Source: Defluviitaleaceae bacterium
GTDB lineage: Bacteria; Bacillota; Clostridia; Lachnospirales; WQUN01
Assembly: GCA_009779755.1 (NCBI GenBank)
Contig: WRDO01000007.1
Coordinates: 21,165 to 85,164, forward strand
DNA: 64,000 bases
Direction: 5' to 3'
Every line of letters begins with the position of its first letter. The stretch's first letter is position 1. Both the position numbers and the translations under genes were made by a program. The notes under the pieces were generated by a model. That model saw nothing but the letters and a program-made list of their open reading frames with translations, did no database searches and was not told the origin of the DNA. Below are positions 1-9,458 of this stretch, one piece after another.

Positions 1-26
1 GGAAAATCTTCACCATAGCCCAACAC

Positions 27-752
27 TTACGCATTGGCCGTCACCTCCATAAAGATATCCTCCAAGGAGAGCCGGTTATATTGCATCTTTAAATTATCCA
101 ATTCGCCGTCGAACACGATGCGCCCCTTGTTGATCAACGCGATCTTGTCGCACAGCTTCTCAGCCACTTCCAACATATGCGTGGAGAACAGCACGCAATT
201 GCCCGCGTCGGCGTGGCGGCGCATCATTTCCTTTAATTGGAATGACGAACGCGGGTCCAAGCCCGTAAGCGGCTCATCCAATATCCATACGGCGGGGTCG
301 TGCAAAAGCGCGCCCATAATAACGATCTTTTGCCTCATGCCGTGCGAATAGCTTTGGATACGCCCGTTGAGCGCGCCCGTCATTTCGAATATTTCACCCA
401 TCGAGGCAATTTTATCGCGCCGCTGCTCGGCGGAGACACCGTACATATCGCCCATAAAATTCAGGTATTCCATTCCCTTAAGCCGCAGAAACATATCGGG
501 TGAGTCGGGTACGTAACCGAAGCTCTGCTTGGCGGCGATGGGGTCCGTCGCGATATCGTGGCCGTTGATCGTTATCGTACCCGCGTCGGGGGCGAGCACG
601 CCCGTTATCATCTTCATGGTGGTGGTCTTACCCGCACCGTTGGGCCCGATAAAGCCCAATATTTGCTTGCTTGCCACTTCCAGCTTGATGCCGTCAACGG
701 CTTTTACCTTGTTGTTGCCGTACGTCTTGCTTACATCGGTGATTTTTAACAT
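27..752 (-). CDS. ABC transporter ATP-binding protein
   Basis: 241-aa ORF; Walker A GPNGAGKTT, Walker B VWILDEP, signature-region YSHGMRQK; GGAGGG RBS about 6 nt upstream of the ATG. Confidence 0.9.
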   Translation of the reverse strand: MLKITDVSKTYGNNKVKAVDGIKLEVASKQILGFIGPNGAGKTTTMKMITGVLAPDAGTITINGHDIATDPIAAKQSFGYVPDSPDMFLRLKGMEYLNFMGDMYGVSAEQRRDKIASMGEIFEMTGALNGRIQSYSHGMRQKIVIMGALLHDPAVWILDEPLTGLDPRSSFQLKEMMRRHADAGNCVLFSTHMLEVAEKLCDKIALINKGRIVFDGELDNLKMQYNRLSLEDIFMEVTANA

Positions 753-812
753 GTAACGCCCTCCAAATGGTTTGTTAACCTTATTTTATTGGTTAAATGT
801 GTCAAAGGTATG

Positions 813-1820
813 TCATTTTCCGGCTAATTCGGCATATTTTTCGGGTGTCAGAAAACGGCGCAGTTCTTCCCTGTACGTCGGGTCGATGGTACCGTCAAGG
901 ATTTCCTTCGCCCAAAACAGCGCGCCCAACGCGGGTGTGGTTTCCAGCAGCTCGAAGCGGACGGGTTGGGTAAGCCCTTCGCGGATGGTTTTCGTAAAAT
1001 GCCCGACCATACCCGTATAGCCGATGACATTCCATATACTGCCCGCCTTCACGACCACGACCTCACCGTTAAAGGTCAGATTCCGTACGCAGCCTACCAC
1101 ACCTTCGCCCATGCTCACGCCCATATCGTCGAATATCTTGGCGGCCACTTCATCGCCCGCTTGGGCCGCTTTGTCGGTTAGTTGGATCAACGCCCGCGAA
1201 TTTTCGCCGCGCCAGCTGTAGCTGTTGATAGCCGTAAGGAAATCCTCGGGCCTCTTCATATTCAATATATCCATTACGCCTTGCGCGATACCCGTTTCCT
1301 TACCCGCGCGGTAAAAGGAATGGTACGCCATCCTTATCGCCATACCGGCTATATGGCCGCCGCCCGCCGCGTCACCCGACAGGCTGCCGATACCGCCCAC
1401 TTGCAATATGTTGCCGTTATCGTCGATGCCCAACGTCACCGTACCCGTCCCGTTGATGGAGCATACGCCCGACGACGACACGGCTTTTACGCCCAGAATA
1501 CCGTCGTTGGCCACTTCGAACCTCGTAAAGCCCATTTGCCGAATCCGGTTGCAAAGCTCCGCGACCTGACCCGGTTCGTCCGCTCCCGCTAACCCGAAAC
1601 CCGCGGCGGCGATGTCGGAAACCGTTATATTATTTTTTTTGCACAAGGCGTCAATATGGCTTTGCATCGTTTCCTGCATCCAGTCGAAGCCGCGTTCGTG
1701 GTTTTCGTGGCTGCAATTGGACGCCCGCAGGATGTCAACGAACGTACCGTCCGCACGGCAAAGCAGGTAATCGGTTTTCGTGTTGCCGCCGTCCACGCCC
1801 AAGATAAATTTTTCCGTCAT
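813..1820 (-). CDS. BadF/BadG/BcrA/BcrD-type ATPase (GlcNAc-kinase-like sugar kinase family)
   Basis: 335-aa ORF; N-terminal ILGVDGGNTKT (phosphate-1 motif of actin-fold ATPases); overall family resemblance by eye. Confidence 0.65.
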   Translation of the reverse strand: MTEKFILGVDGGNTKTDYLLCRADGTFVDILRASNCSHENHERGFDWMQETMQSHIDALCKKNNITVSDIAAAGFGLAGADEPGQVAELCNRIRQMGFTRFEVANDGILGVKAVSSSGVCSINGTGTVTLGIDDNGNILQVGGIGSLSGDAAGGGHIAGMAIRMAYHSFYRAGKETGIAQGVMDILNMKRPEDFLTAINSYSWRGENSRALIQLTDKAAQAGDEVAAKIFDDMGVSMGEGVVGCVRNLTFNGEVVVVKAGSIWNVIGYTGMVGHFTKTIREGLTQPVRFELLETTPALGALFWAKEILDGTIDPTYREELRRFLTPEKYAELAGK

Positions 1821-1859
1821 CGTATGTAACCCCTTTTTTCGGATTTTGTAATCATATTG

Positions 1860-2345
1860 TCATATATTATAGGATGGTGAATCGGAAATCAACGTATCCT
1901 CCAACCATTCATCCCTTCGTTCGATCGCCGTCCGCGCCAGCGCGTCGCAGCGTTCGTTCTCCGGGTTGCCCGCGTGGCCTTTTACCCAGTGGCATGTCAC
2001 TTGGTGGCGTTGCAACAGAGTCAGCAACCGTTCCCAAAGGTCCGCGTTGAGGGCGGGTTCTTTTTTGTTACGCATCCAGCCGTTTTTTTTCCAGCGTAAT
2101 GCCCAACCCTTATCAATGGCGTCGATTACATAACGCGAGTCGGAATACAGGTTGACTTTGCACGGTTCCTTCAGCGTTTCCAAGCCGATGATGACGCTCA
2201 GCATTTCCATGCGGTTGTTGGTGGTTTGGTTGTATCCGCCGGAAAGCTCCTTGCGGCGGTTCTTGTAGAGCAGCACCGCGCCGTATCCGCCGGGGCCGGG
2301 GTTGCCGGAGCACGCGCCGTCGGTATACAGGATAACTTCCTTCAT
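1860..2345 (-). CDS. rnhA: ribonuclease HI
   Basis: 161-aa ORF; YTDGACSGNPGPGGYG, NNRMEM, HWVKGHAGNPENERCDALA are RNase H type 1 hallmarks; start codon shares 1 nt with the ispD stop (TAATG). Confidence 0.9.
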   Translation of the reverse strand: MKEVILYTDGACSGNPGPGGYGAVLLYKNRRKELSGGYNQTTNNRMEMLSVIIGLETLKEPCKVNLYSDSRYVIDAIDKGWALRWKKNGWMRNKKEPALNADLWERLLTLLQRHQVTCHWVKGHAGNPENERCDALARTAIERRDEWLEDTLISDSPSYNI

Positions 2346-3025
2346 TATATATACATCCCCATTATCGTATTTGCCATGATTAAATCCTCTTGCGTTGTGA
2401 TCTTAATATTATTGCGTTCGCCTTGGATAATAAAGGTAATCCCGCCGTTATGCTCCACGATCGCGCTGTCGTCCGTATAATCGGCCAAGTTTAACGCGTT
2501 TTTGTAGGCATCCGTCAGGAGCTTATATGTAAACCCTTGCGGGGTTTGCACCTGCCAAAAACGCCCGCGTTCGGGCGTTGCGTATACACGCCCGTCCGCA
2601 TCCGCTTCCTTCACCGTGTCGGTAAAGGGTGTCCCCACAATCGCCGCGCCGTGCCGCTTTACGGCGTCGATCGTCTTTTCGATCAAATCACAGGAAACAA
2701 AAGGACGCACCCCATCGTGTACCAGCACGATTTCCGTACGCCCGTCGATTTGTTTTAACGCTTCATATACGCTTTCCGAACGGCTCGCGCCGCCTTCTAC
2801 GATATGCTTTACCTTGGTTAAGTTATATGTACGTACCATTTCGCGGACGTTTTCCGTATAACCCTTCGGTACGGTTACGGCGATTTCCCCTACCCTTTCC
2901 GTTCGTTGAAAGGCCATGGCCGTGCGCGCCAGCACGGGTATACCTTTAATAGGAAGGAACTGCTTGGGCACGTCACCGCCGAAGCGCGTCCCCGAACCCG
3001 ACGCGGGGATAATAACAGAAACCAT
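2345..3025 (-). CDS. ispD: 2-C-methyl-D-erythritol 4-phosphate cytidylyltransferase
   Basis: 226-aa ORF; IIPASGSGTRFG..PKQFL nucleotidyltransferase N-terminus and IspD-like sequence throughout. Confidence 0.85.
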   Translation of the reverse strand: MVSVIIPASGSGTRFGGDVPKQFLPIKGIPVLARTAMAFQRTERVGEIAVTVPKGYTENVREMVRTYNLTKVKHIVEGGASRSESVYEALKQIDGRTEIVLVHDGVRPFVSCDLIEKTIDAVKRHGAAIVGTPFTDTVKEADADGRVYATPERGRFWQVQTPQGFTYKLLTDAYKNALNLADYTDDSAIVEHNGGITFIIQGERNNIKITTQEDLIMANTIMGMYI

Positions 3026-3046
3026 TTGGAGTCCCTCCTCAATATA

Positions 3047-3643
3047 TTATCTCACCAATACCGCTTTATGGGGGTAGACCCATGACGGGCAGCTTGCCGT
3101 TATGCTGTCCACCCAAATAAAGAATTCCTGCCCCGGTAAGATATCATCAACGGTCATTTCACCGTGATGTGGGTCGCAGATGCGCGTATCCTGCGAAAAA
3201 ACGATACGGTACCGCCCGTCGGCGGTCAGGAACACGCAGCAATCCGATTCCCGTCGGATGTTTTCGCTTACGACCGCGGTAAACACCGCCGCATCGTCGT
3301 GGCAGGCATTAAACCAAAGCACGATGGCGGGATACGGTCGGGGATACGTATCTACGGCATACGCGGCCCGCACGCTCATGCCCTTGCGCGCTTCCGTATA
3401 CGATACGCGTTGGCCCGTAATTAAATCGTACGCGGGTACGCCGCTTATGTTTATGTCCACGATCGCATAACCGGCGTCCGTCAGCGCTTCCCCTTCGATA
3501 CGGATGCATTCACCCCATACACGCGTGATTTCACCTTGGGTTTCGCCCACATACATATCATTCGCGGCGTTGGCTGTCAAATACGGCGTACAGGTAAGCG
3601 CGAACATGATTATCGCAAGCATCGGATATTTTTTCATCGGCAT
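3047..3643 (-). CDS. hypothetical secreted protein
   Basis: 198-aa ORF; signal-peptide-like MPMKKYPMLAIIMFALTCTPYLTANA; no family recognised. Confidence 0.45.
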   Translation of the reverse strand: MPMKKYPMLAIIMFALTCTPYLTANAANDMYVGETQGEITRVWGECIRIEGEALTDAGYAIVDINISGVPAYDLITGQRVSYTEARKGMSVRAAYAVDTYPRPYPAIVLWFNACHDDAAVFTAVVSENIRRESDCCVFLTADGRYRIVFSQDTRICDPHHGEMTVDDILPGQEFFIWVDSITASCPSWVYPHKAVLVR

Positions 3644-3753
3644 TTCACCTTAACGTTTTATGCGCTTATCTTTTCCCGCGCGAAGGATTGCTATGCATAT
3701 ATTACCTTTTCAACCGCATATATTTGAACAAGCAAGCGAGAGGGGGACGAATA

Positions 3754-4029
3754 ATGGAACGCGCACCCTACAGGCGATACAGGGGACAACCGCAACGATA
3801 CGAGGAAGAAAGCGGCGCACTGGGCGAAACGTTGATTCTCCAAGGGATTATCAGCGGGATCGTACTGGTGGCGGTAATGCTTGTCAGCATCATAACGTTT
3901 GCGCCCGTCACGCCGATCCAAAACGCCCTGCGCGAGGCCCTTTCCGGCCCGATTACGGTGGGTGAGATGGCGGATGACGCGCGGCAATTCGGCATCGAGA
4001 CATTGGGCTTCCAATGGTTGGATCGGTAA
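3754..4029 (+). CDS. small single-pass membrane protein (hypothetical)
   Basis: Start moved from 3688 to ATG 3754 (GAGGGGG run upstream); 91 aa with one hydrophobic helix ILQGIISGIVLVAVMLVSIITFA; 3' end overlaps the M50 protease gene by 16 nt. Confidence 0.4.
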   Translation: MERAPYRRYRGQPQRYEEESGALGETLILQGIISGIVLVAVMLVSIITFAPVTPIQNALREALSGPITVGEMADDARQFGIETLGFQWLDR

Positions 4030-4832
4030 TCGGATTCCTGTTCCGCATAATATTGGCGTTGTTTTCGCTTTATTTGCACGAATGGGCGCACGTTTTTGTG
4101 GCACGGGGGTACGGTGCGAAGGTTGAACGGATACGCCTGTCGGTATTCGGTATGTTCGCGCGTGTCCGCAGAATGGACAACCTCCACCCAAGGCAACGGT
4201 CATTCGTATATTTTTCCGGCCCGCTGGCCAACATCATGGTCGCCGCATGGGCGTATACGGTGCATCATTTGTCCTATGTCGGCGTTATATGGCTGTTTGA
4301 CTTGGCGCTGATCAACGCGGTCATCGCAATATTTAACCTGCTTCCGCTGCTGCCCTTGGACGGGGGGCGGCTTGTCCAGCATTTCCTCGGTAACAGGTTC
4401 GGCATCCTGCCCGCCAATCGGTTTATGCTGCGCTTCGGGCGGGTTTTTTCGGTTGTGCTGGCTGTGTTGGGGATCATACAAATCATCCTGTTTTCATATA
4501 ACATCACGTTATTGTGCGCGGCGATTTTTTTATGGCGGAAGAACATGACCATGCAAACGCAGCTTCGAATGGAATGCTTCCTGACGTTGCAAAAAAAACC
4601 CGCTTTATTGCGCGGCCCGCGCGGGAAACACAGATACAGGATAAAAACCTTCGCTGTACCCGCGGAAATGCCGATCCAACGCGCCGTCGAACGGTTCGGA
4701 TGGTCTTATATGTGCGAATTTACCGTAGAGGGGAAACCCGTGCGGGAGGAAGAAATCATGTCTTTTATCTTTTCGCCTTACCGCCCCTCCATTTCCGAAT
4801 CCCTTGCCATGCCTATCGCCGCATTGGTGTGA
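4014..4832 (+). CDS. M50 family site-2 metalloprotease (SpoIVFB-like)
   Basis: 272-aa ORF; HEWAH (HExxH) in a hydrophobic segment, NLLPLLPLDGG (NxxPxxxLDG) second ligand motif, several TM helices. Confidence 0.75.
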   Translation: MVGSVIGFLFRIILALFSLYLHEWAHVFVARGYGAKVERIRLSVFGMFARVRRMDNLHPRQRSFVYFSGPLANIMVAAWAYTVHHLSYVGVIWLFDLALINAVIAIFNLLPLLPLDGGRLVQHFLGNRFGILPANRFMLRFGRVFSVVLAVLGIIQIILFSYNITLLCAAIFLWRKNMTMQTQLRMECFLTLQKKPALLRGPRGKHRYRIKTFAVPAEMPIQRAVERFGWSYMCEFTVEGKPVREEEIMSFIFSPYRPSISESLAMPIAALV

Positions 4833-4861
4833 TATAATCGCACAAACGATGCAACGATGGG

Positions 4862-5926
4862 ATGTGCGCGATGAGGTTAACGGACGAAAGCGGCTTTTAC
4901 ACAAGCGTGAAGCAAATGGAGCAGCTCTTTTTACAAGGCTGCACAAAGCGGTTTACGGGTACGTCGCCCGCCGACCTTACCGCGTGGCAAACCGAGGCGC
5001 GGGAGCTGCTCAGGGATTTGCTGGGCTTTTGTACCTTCACCGATTGCGCAAACGAGGTATATAAACTTGATTCGGAGGATTGCGGGGAATACGTACGCAC
5101 CAAATACGTATTACAAACCGATGAATACGTTTATATGCCTTTTTTCGTACTCGTTCCCGCCGATTTGAAACCGGGCGAACGCCGCCCCGCGATTATCTGC
5201 CCCAACGGCCATTTTAACCGCGCGAAGGAAAGCGTCGCCGCCGTACGCCATGAAAAAGGCGTGCTTGAAGATATGGAAAACGCCCACACCCACCACGCGG
5301 AGGACTTTGTAAAGCGCGGGTACATCGCCTTCTGTCCGGATGCCCGCGGCTTCGGCGAACGTGCGGAAAAAGCCGTGCAGGATAAATGGCATTGCTCCTG
5401 CACGCACCTTAACCGCATGGGCATACCGCTGGGGCGTTGTGCGCTGGGGATGCAGGTATGGGATTTGATCAAGCTCGCCGACTATATCGAAACGCGCGGC
5501 GATTGCGACCCTTCGCGTTTCACTTGCGCGGGCCTGTCGGGCGGGGGGATGCAAACGCTTTATTTCGCGGCCGTTGATACGCGTATAAAATGCGCCTGTA
5601 CCAGCGGTTATTTTTTCGGCGCGCTCGAGTCCCGCTTGCACGGCAACCACCATTGCGATTGCAACTACGTGCCGAATTTATGGAAATATTTTGATATGGG
5701 GGACATCGCGGCGTTGATCGCCCCGCGCCCGTTCATCATCGAAACGGGTTTGCATGACGACTCCAACGGGATACGCGGCATCGAAAACGTATACGACCAA
5801 GTCCGCGTCGCGCAAAAGGCGTACGACGCCGCGGGGTGCGGGGATAATATCAAACACAGCGTGTTGGACGTCGGGCACCGCTGGGTGGGAACGGACGTGT
5901 ACCCGTTCTTCGATAAACATGTTTAA
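4862..5926 (+). CDS. alpha/beta hydrolase family protein (putative esterase)
   Basis: 354-aa ORF; GLSGGG nucleophile elbow (GxSxG); exact family not assigned; start codon uncertain (4862 or 4871). Confidence 0.55.
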   Translation: MCAMRLTDESGFYTSVKQMEQLFLQGCTKRFTGTSPADLTAWQTEARELLRDLLGFCTFTDCANEVYKLDSEDCGEYVRTKYVLQTDEYVYMPFFVLVPADLKPGERRPAIICPNGHFNRAKESVAAVRHEKGVLEDMENAHTHHAEDFVKRGYIAFCPDARGFGERAEKAVQDKWHCSCTHLNRMGIPLGRCALGMQVWDLIKLADYIETRGDCDPSRFTCAGLSGGGMQTLYFAAVDTRIKCACTSGYFFGALESRLHGNHHCDCNYVPNLWKYFDMGDIAALIAPRPFIIETGLHDDSNGIRGIENVYDQVRVAQKAYDAAGCGDNIKHSVLDVGHRWVGTDVYPFFDKHV

Positions 5927-6929
5927 AATATGCATCGCGGGCTGCGGCGATATCGCACTCAAACAGCACGGCCCCGCGATACATAAATATATAAGCGAAA
6001 CCGAAAATACGGCATTTGCCGCGTGCTGCGATATCGACCCCGCAAGGGCGCGTGCCTTCGCCGAACGGTTCGGCGTGCCGCGTTTTTATGTAAACTTGGA
6101 TGAAATGCTCGATATTGAACGCCCCGATGCGGTTTCCTTATGCGTCCCGGTGGAATTGACCGCCGATTTAGCTTGCCGCGTCCTTTCCAAGGGATTTCCC
6201 CTCATCACCGAAAAACCCCCCGGTATAAACGCGGAGGAAAACCACCGCATGGCAAAAGCCGCCGAGCAAGGCCCGAACGGACGGGTACCCAACTTCGCCG
6301 CGTTTAACCGCCGACATATGCCCGTGGTACAAAAGGCGATGGAACTCATCGAGGGGTTCGGCGGAGCAGGTCGCATCACGAATATCCGTTACCGTATGTT
6401 ACGCGTCAACCGTACCGACGTTAATTTCGCTACCACAGCCATACACGGCATTGATTTGGTGCGTTATATCGCAAGCTCCCCGTACGGGGAACTAAACATC
6501 GCTTACCGTGCCATGCCGCAATACGGCGCGTCCGTAACCGATTACCACATCAACGGCACGACGGAAAACGGCATCGCCGTGGGGATGGATTTCCTGCCGA
6601 TGTCCGGCGTCAATACCGAACGGTTGGAAATTAACACAACGAGGGGTTTGTTGGAATTGCGTCTTCCCATATGGGCGGGCTGCCGCGACGGTGCGGGTTG
6701 GCTCACGCATTACGAAAACGACGGGGAAGCCTATGTATGGCGCGGCGAAGAAGGCACGGCGGATTATATCGCCGCGGGCTTTTACCACGAAAACGCCCTG
6801 TCCTTTAACGCGGTGCGTAACGGCGAGGGGAACGGAGACGAAATCTTACGCAACAGCATCGCTTCGGGTTTGCAAGCCGTGGAAATTGCGGACTGCCTAA
6901 CCAAACGGAAAACAACCTACCAGCGGTAA
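5919..6929 (+). CDS. Gfo/Idh/MocA family oxidoreductase
   Basis: The ORF track starts at 5754, but its first 55 codons lie inside the hydrolase gene. ATG 5919 gives the Rossmann start MFKICIAGCGDIALKQHGPA and overlaps the upstream stop (ATGTTTAA). Confidence 0.75.
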   Translation: MFKICIAGCGDIALKQHGPAIHKYISETENTAFAACCDIDPARARAFAERFGVPRFYVNLDEMLDIERPDAVSLCVPVELTADLACRVLSKGFPLITEKPPGINAEENHRMAKAAEQGPNGRVPNFAAFNRRHMPVVQKAMELIEGFGGAGRITNIRYRMLRVNRTDVNFATTAIHGIDLVRYIASSPYGELNIAYRAMPQYGASVTDYHINGTTENGIAVGMDFLPMSGVNTERLEINTTRGLLELRLPIWAGCRDGAGWLTHYENDGEAYVWRGEEGTADYIAAGFYHENALSFNAVRNGEGNGDEILRNSIASGLQAVEIADCLTKRKTTYQR

Positions 6930-7912
6930 ATCCCCTGTTTGAATTTTTCCAAAAATTCCGCCTGCGCTTTGCCCGGCGATGTAATGACATCGTATTTTTT
7001 GGGGGCGGCTTCGCCCAAAGTCGCATACAACTCGGGCCGCCGTTCCGCGGCGTGGCGTTTGCGCATATCGGCGCAGCCGGTAATTTCCGTTTGCAAGTAC
7101 CAATCGGGTTGGGTCTTGCGCGCGTCAAGGTCGATTTCGGCGGAAACGATAACGTTGGGGGAATATGCCGCGTCCGCCAGTACATGCCCCCACGGGTCGA
7201 TGACGCTCGACTTGCCCGCCGCGTTATAACGGTAATCCTTGGCGGTTACGATGTAGAGCGAGCCGTCGTTGGCGCGGGTACGCAGCGTGGCCTCGCCGAT
7301 GGAATCGTACCAGCCGTAGCCGAACGTGGGGTGGAAGATAATTTCCGCACCCAATTGCGACAGCACATCCGACACCGAAGGGAACATCATGTCGTAACAA
7401 ATCATGATACCGATTTTGCCGATGTCGGTATCGACCGTATGGATGGAATCCCCCTCGCTTACCTGAAACGCCTCAAAGCAGGGGATGTGCGTTTTGCGGT
7501 ATTCGCCGATGATTTTACCCTTGCGGTTAAACACGGACGCGGTGTTGTAAATAAAATCGCCGTCAGGCTTAAAATAACAAGCGACGACGTTCATGCCATA
7601 CCTTTCGGCGATGCGTGAAATCCGTTCCTCCCATAAAGGAAAACCTCGGCGCACGATTTCGGGGAAGATGTTATTTTCCGAAGTATCCATCACAAACGCG
7701 CTCGCAAGGGATAAATCCTCGGAAGTGGTGACGACGTCAAGCCCCGCTTCGCCCGCTTGCTCCAGCAAGCCGAATGTTACCTCAGCTTGCGGGATGATGA
7801 CCCGCTCCAAAATGGCGTCAACGTCGGGCGCGTAGGCATTATTCGTCCATTGGTATCGGTCGGGTATCGGTAACGCCGCCGATTGTATCGCACCTACCTT
7901 GATTTTCCGCAT
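6917..7912 (-). CDS. carbon-nitrogen hydrolase (nitrilase superfamily)
   Basis: 331-aa ORF; catalytic-Cys context IGIMICYDMMFP and Lys region EYRKTHIP; convergent 13-nt overlap with the upstream oxidoreductase gene end. Confidence 0.8.
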   Translation of the reverse strand: MRKIKVGAIQSAALPIPDRYQWTNNAYAPDVDAILERVIIPQAEVTFGLLEQAGEAGLDVVTTSEDLSLASAFVMDTSENNIFPEIVRRGFPLWEERISRIAERYGMNVVACYFKPDGDFIYNTASVFNRKGKIIGEYRKTHIPCFEAFQVSEGDSIHTVDTDIGKIGIMICYDMMFPSVSDVLSQLGAEIIFHPTFGYGWYDSIGEATLRTRANDGSLYIVTAKDYRYNAAGKSSVIDPWGHVLADAAYSPNVIVSAEIDLDARKTQPDWYLQTEITGCADMRKRHAAERRPELYATLGEAAPKKYDVITSPGKAQAEFLEKFKQGIYRW

Positions 7913-7943
7913 AAGCCCCTCCGTGATTTTTACACAAATATAC

Positions 7944-8537
7944 CTATTCCGGTTCGGCTATTTCAAATTCCGCCCATATAATGCCTTCCCAAACCGGTAT
8001 GCGGTCTTCGGGACGGTTTTCATCGGGGGATACATGAGCAACGCCAACCTCCTTAATGATACGATATGTACCGGGTAAAAAGCCATGCATCAAGTCTTCC
8101 GATGTTATTCGTTGGACGAACGGTCGTTCGAACGCGGTAGTCATAGGCAATAATATTAACCCTCTAAACCCGGTTGGAACGTAATGCCAATCATATGTAC
8201 CCTTCTTGATAATGTCGTAATAAAAGCCATGAATAATTAAATGACGCGGTTCTTCTATCAGCAATTTCATTGTAACGTTTACTTCATTAACATCGGATGC
8301 ATAAATCATATAATCGGTCGTATATGAAATTAAATCCGTAAAATAATCATATGGCATGGTAAATACGGGCCATTCGTCAACATTTATGTTAGCGGTCATA
8401 ATATTTGTTGTTTCGGTTTCAATTTGATTTTGATCATTTATTGTATGTTCATTGTCAATCATATTTCCGCATCCGGTAAAATACATTATTACTCCTATTA
8501 AATAAAACATGACAATCATTGATTTAATATATTTCAT
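7944..8537 (-). CDS. hypothetical lipoprotein
   Basis: Start moved to ATG 8537 (GGTGG RBS); MKYIKSMIVMFYLIGVIMYFTGCGN is a signal peptide with a lipobox-like FTGC; gene is AT-rich relative to its neighbours. Confidence 0.5.
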   Translation of the reverse strand: MKYIKSMIVMFYLIGVIMYFTGCGNMIDNEHTINDQNQIETETTNIMTANINVDEWPVFTMPYDYFTDLISYTTDYMIYASDVNEVNVTMKLLIEEPRHLIIHGFYYDIIKKGTYDWHYVPTGFRGLILLPMTTAFERPFVQRITSEDLMHGFLPGTYRIIKEVGVAHVSPDENRPEDRIPVWEGIIWAEFEIAEPE

Positions 8538-8602
8538 CACGCTGCCACCTTTTAAAATCAATAACGGCGTTAATTTAGTCGTGAAAGAAAGGAGATGATT
8601 TA

Positions 8603-8857
8603 TTAATTTACATAATTCTTGTGGGTTTCCTCATATTTCCTAAGGGCTTCTTTTTCGTCCGGGTCTAATTCGAGCATATCCAGCCCTTTTATTTTATTAA
8701 TAGTGTCTTTTGTCATTCGGGCTACATCTTCCGGGCTGTAGTGAATAGTAATGGAATAGCCATGCTTCCTTATTTTTTCGGCATAAGGGTTGCGGCGGGC
8801 TTTTGAAAAGTCTGTTATTTCCGGAATGTCACTGGTGTCAATATTTTCATAATTCAT
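8603..8857 (-). CDS. brnA: BrnA-like type II antitoxin
   Basis: Start moved to ATG 8857 (GGAGG 7 nt upstream); 84 aa; DTSDIPEITDFSKARRNPY segment typical of BrnA; lies directly downstream of the BrnT-like gene. Confidence 0.55.
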   Translation of the reverse strand: MNYENIDTSDIPEITDFSKARRNPYAEKIRKHGYSITIHYSPEDVARMTKDTINKIKGLDMLELDPDEKEALRKYEETHKNYVN

Positions 8858-8861
8858 AATG

Positions 8862-9179
8862 CTACCTCCTGTAATTAGCTTGTTCAATTTTGGTTGCTTT
8901 TCTTGCAGATATGATTCGGATTATTGAATTATCGCTTCTGTAGCAATGACAAACTGTCAGCAATCGTATATTTCCGCTCATGCCTATAATTTTGAATCTT
9001 TCTTCATCTTGCGAATGCTCATCGTCGTCAAGAACAGCGGCTCTGTCATCACGGAAAACCGTAGCGGCTTCTTTGAAGGGGATGCCGTGTTTTTCTATGT
9101 TTTGCAAACCCTTGCCGGTATCCCACTCAAACTGTTGACCATAAAATATATATGTTTCTGTTGGCATAAAATCCTCCAT
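8862..9179 (-). CDS. brnT: BrnT (DUF497) family toxin
   Basis: 105-aa ORF; FEWDTGKGLQNIEKHGIPFKEA ... RIISARKAT matches DUF497/BrnT by eye; start may be 9167. Confidence 0.75.
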   Translation of the reverse strand: MEDFMPTETYIFYGQQFEWDTGKGLQNIEKHGIPFKEAATVFRDDRAAVLDDDEHSQDEERFKIIGMSGNIRLLTVCHCYRSDNSIIRIISARKATKIEQANYRR

Positions 9180-9302
9180 GCAAGTTTCATATACCTATGT
9201 TTTTAACGATTATATCACGGGATTATCTGTTGCAACAATGGAACAGGGCAAAACCAAAACCCATTTTTCGTAAGCCCCTTGACGAACGTCCAATCACTAT
9301 AA

Positions 9303-9331
9303 TTGACGTCCCCCCGCCGCTATGTTACATT
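9303..9331 (+). promoter_or_regulatory. sigmaA-type promoter candidate for the redox operon
   Basis: TTGACG (9303-9308), 17-nt spacer, TACATT (9326-9331); GACGTC palindrome overlaps the -35. Confidence 0.4.
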
Positions 9332-9379
9332 CCGCTTAACCATTTAACCGTTTTATAAAGGTGTGTGCTCTTAATGGTA

Positions 9380-9436
9380 AAAGGCCGGAACAAGGGAATC
9401 GAACGCGATTGTCTTGCACCGGCCTTTATTTTATTT
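9380..9436 (+). terminator. terminator-like hairpin in the operon leader (candidate attenuator)
   Basis: AAAGGCCGG..CAAG..AATCG-aacg-CGATT..CTTG..CCGGCCTTT followed by ATTTTATTT; ends 22 nt before ATG 9459; no plus-strand gene upstream. Confidence 0.55.
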
Positions 9437-9458
9437 AAACGATGAAAGGATAAATATT

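Noticed and set aside
5754-5918. N-terminal extensions offered by the ORF track here and at 3688, 9414, 10577, 16386, 18215, 21327, 26071, 41858, 42498, 46689, 48091, 49246, 56592 and 57256
   Set aside because: The extensions overlap upstream genes or hairpins, lack an RBS and add non-homologous residues. Internal starts have an RBS and give canonical family N-termini.
9389-9418. GGGAATCGAAC-like string suggesting a reverse-strand tRNA T-arm
   Set aside because: No complementary T-stem, acceptor stem or anticodon arm could be drawn. The string is simply the inner part of the leader hairpin.
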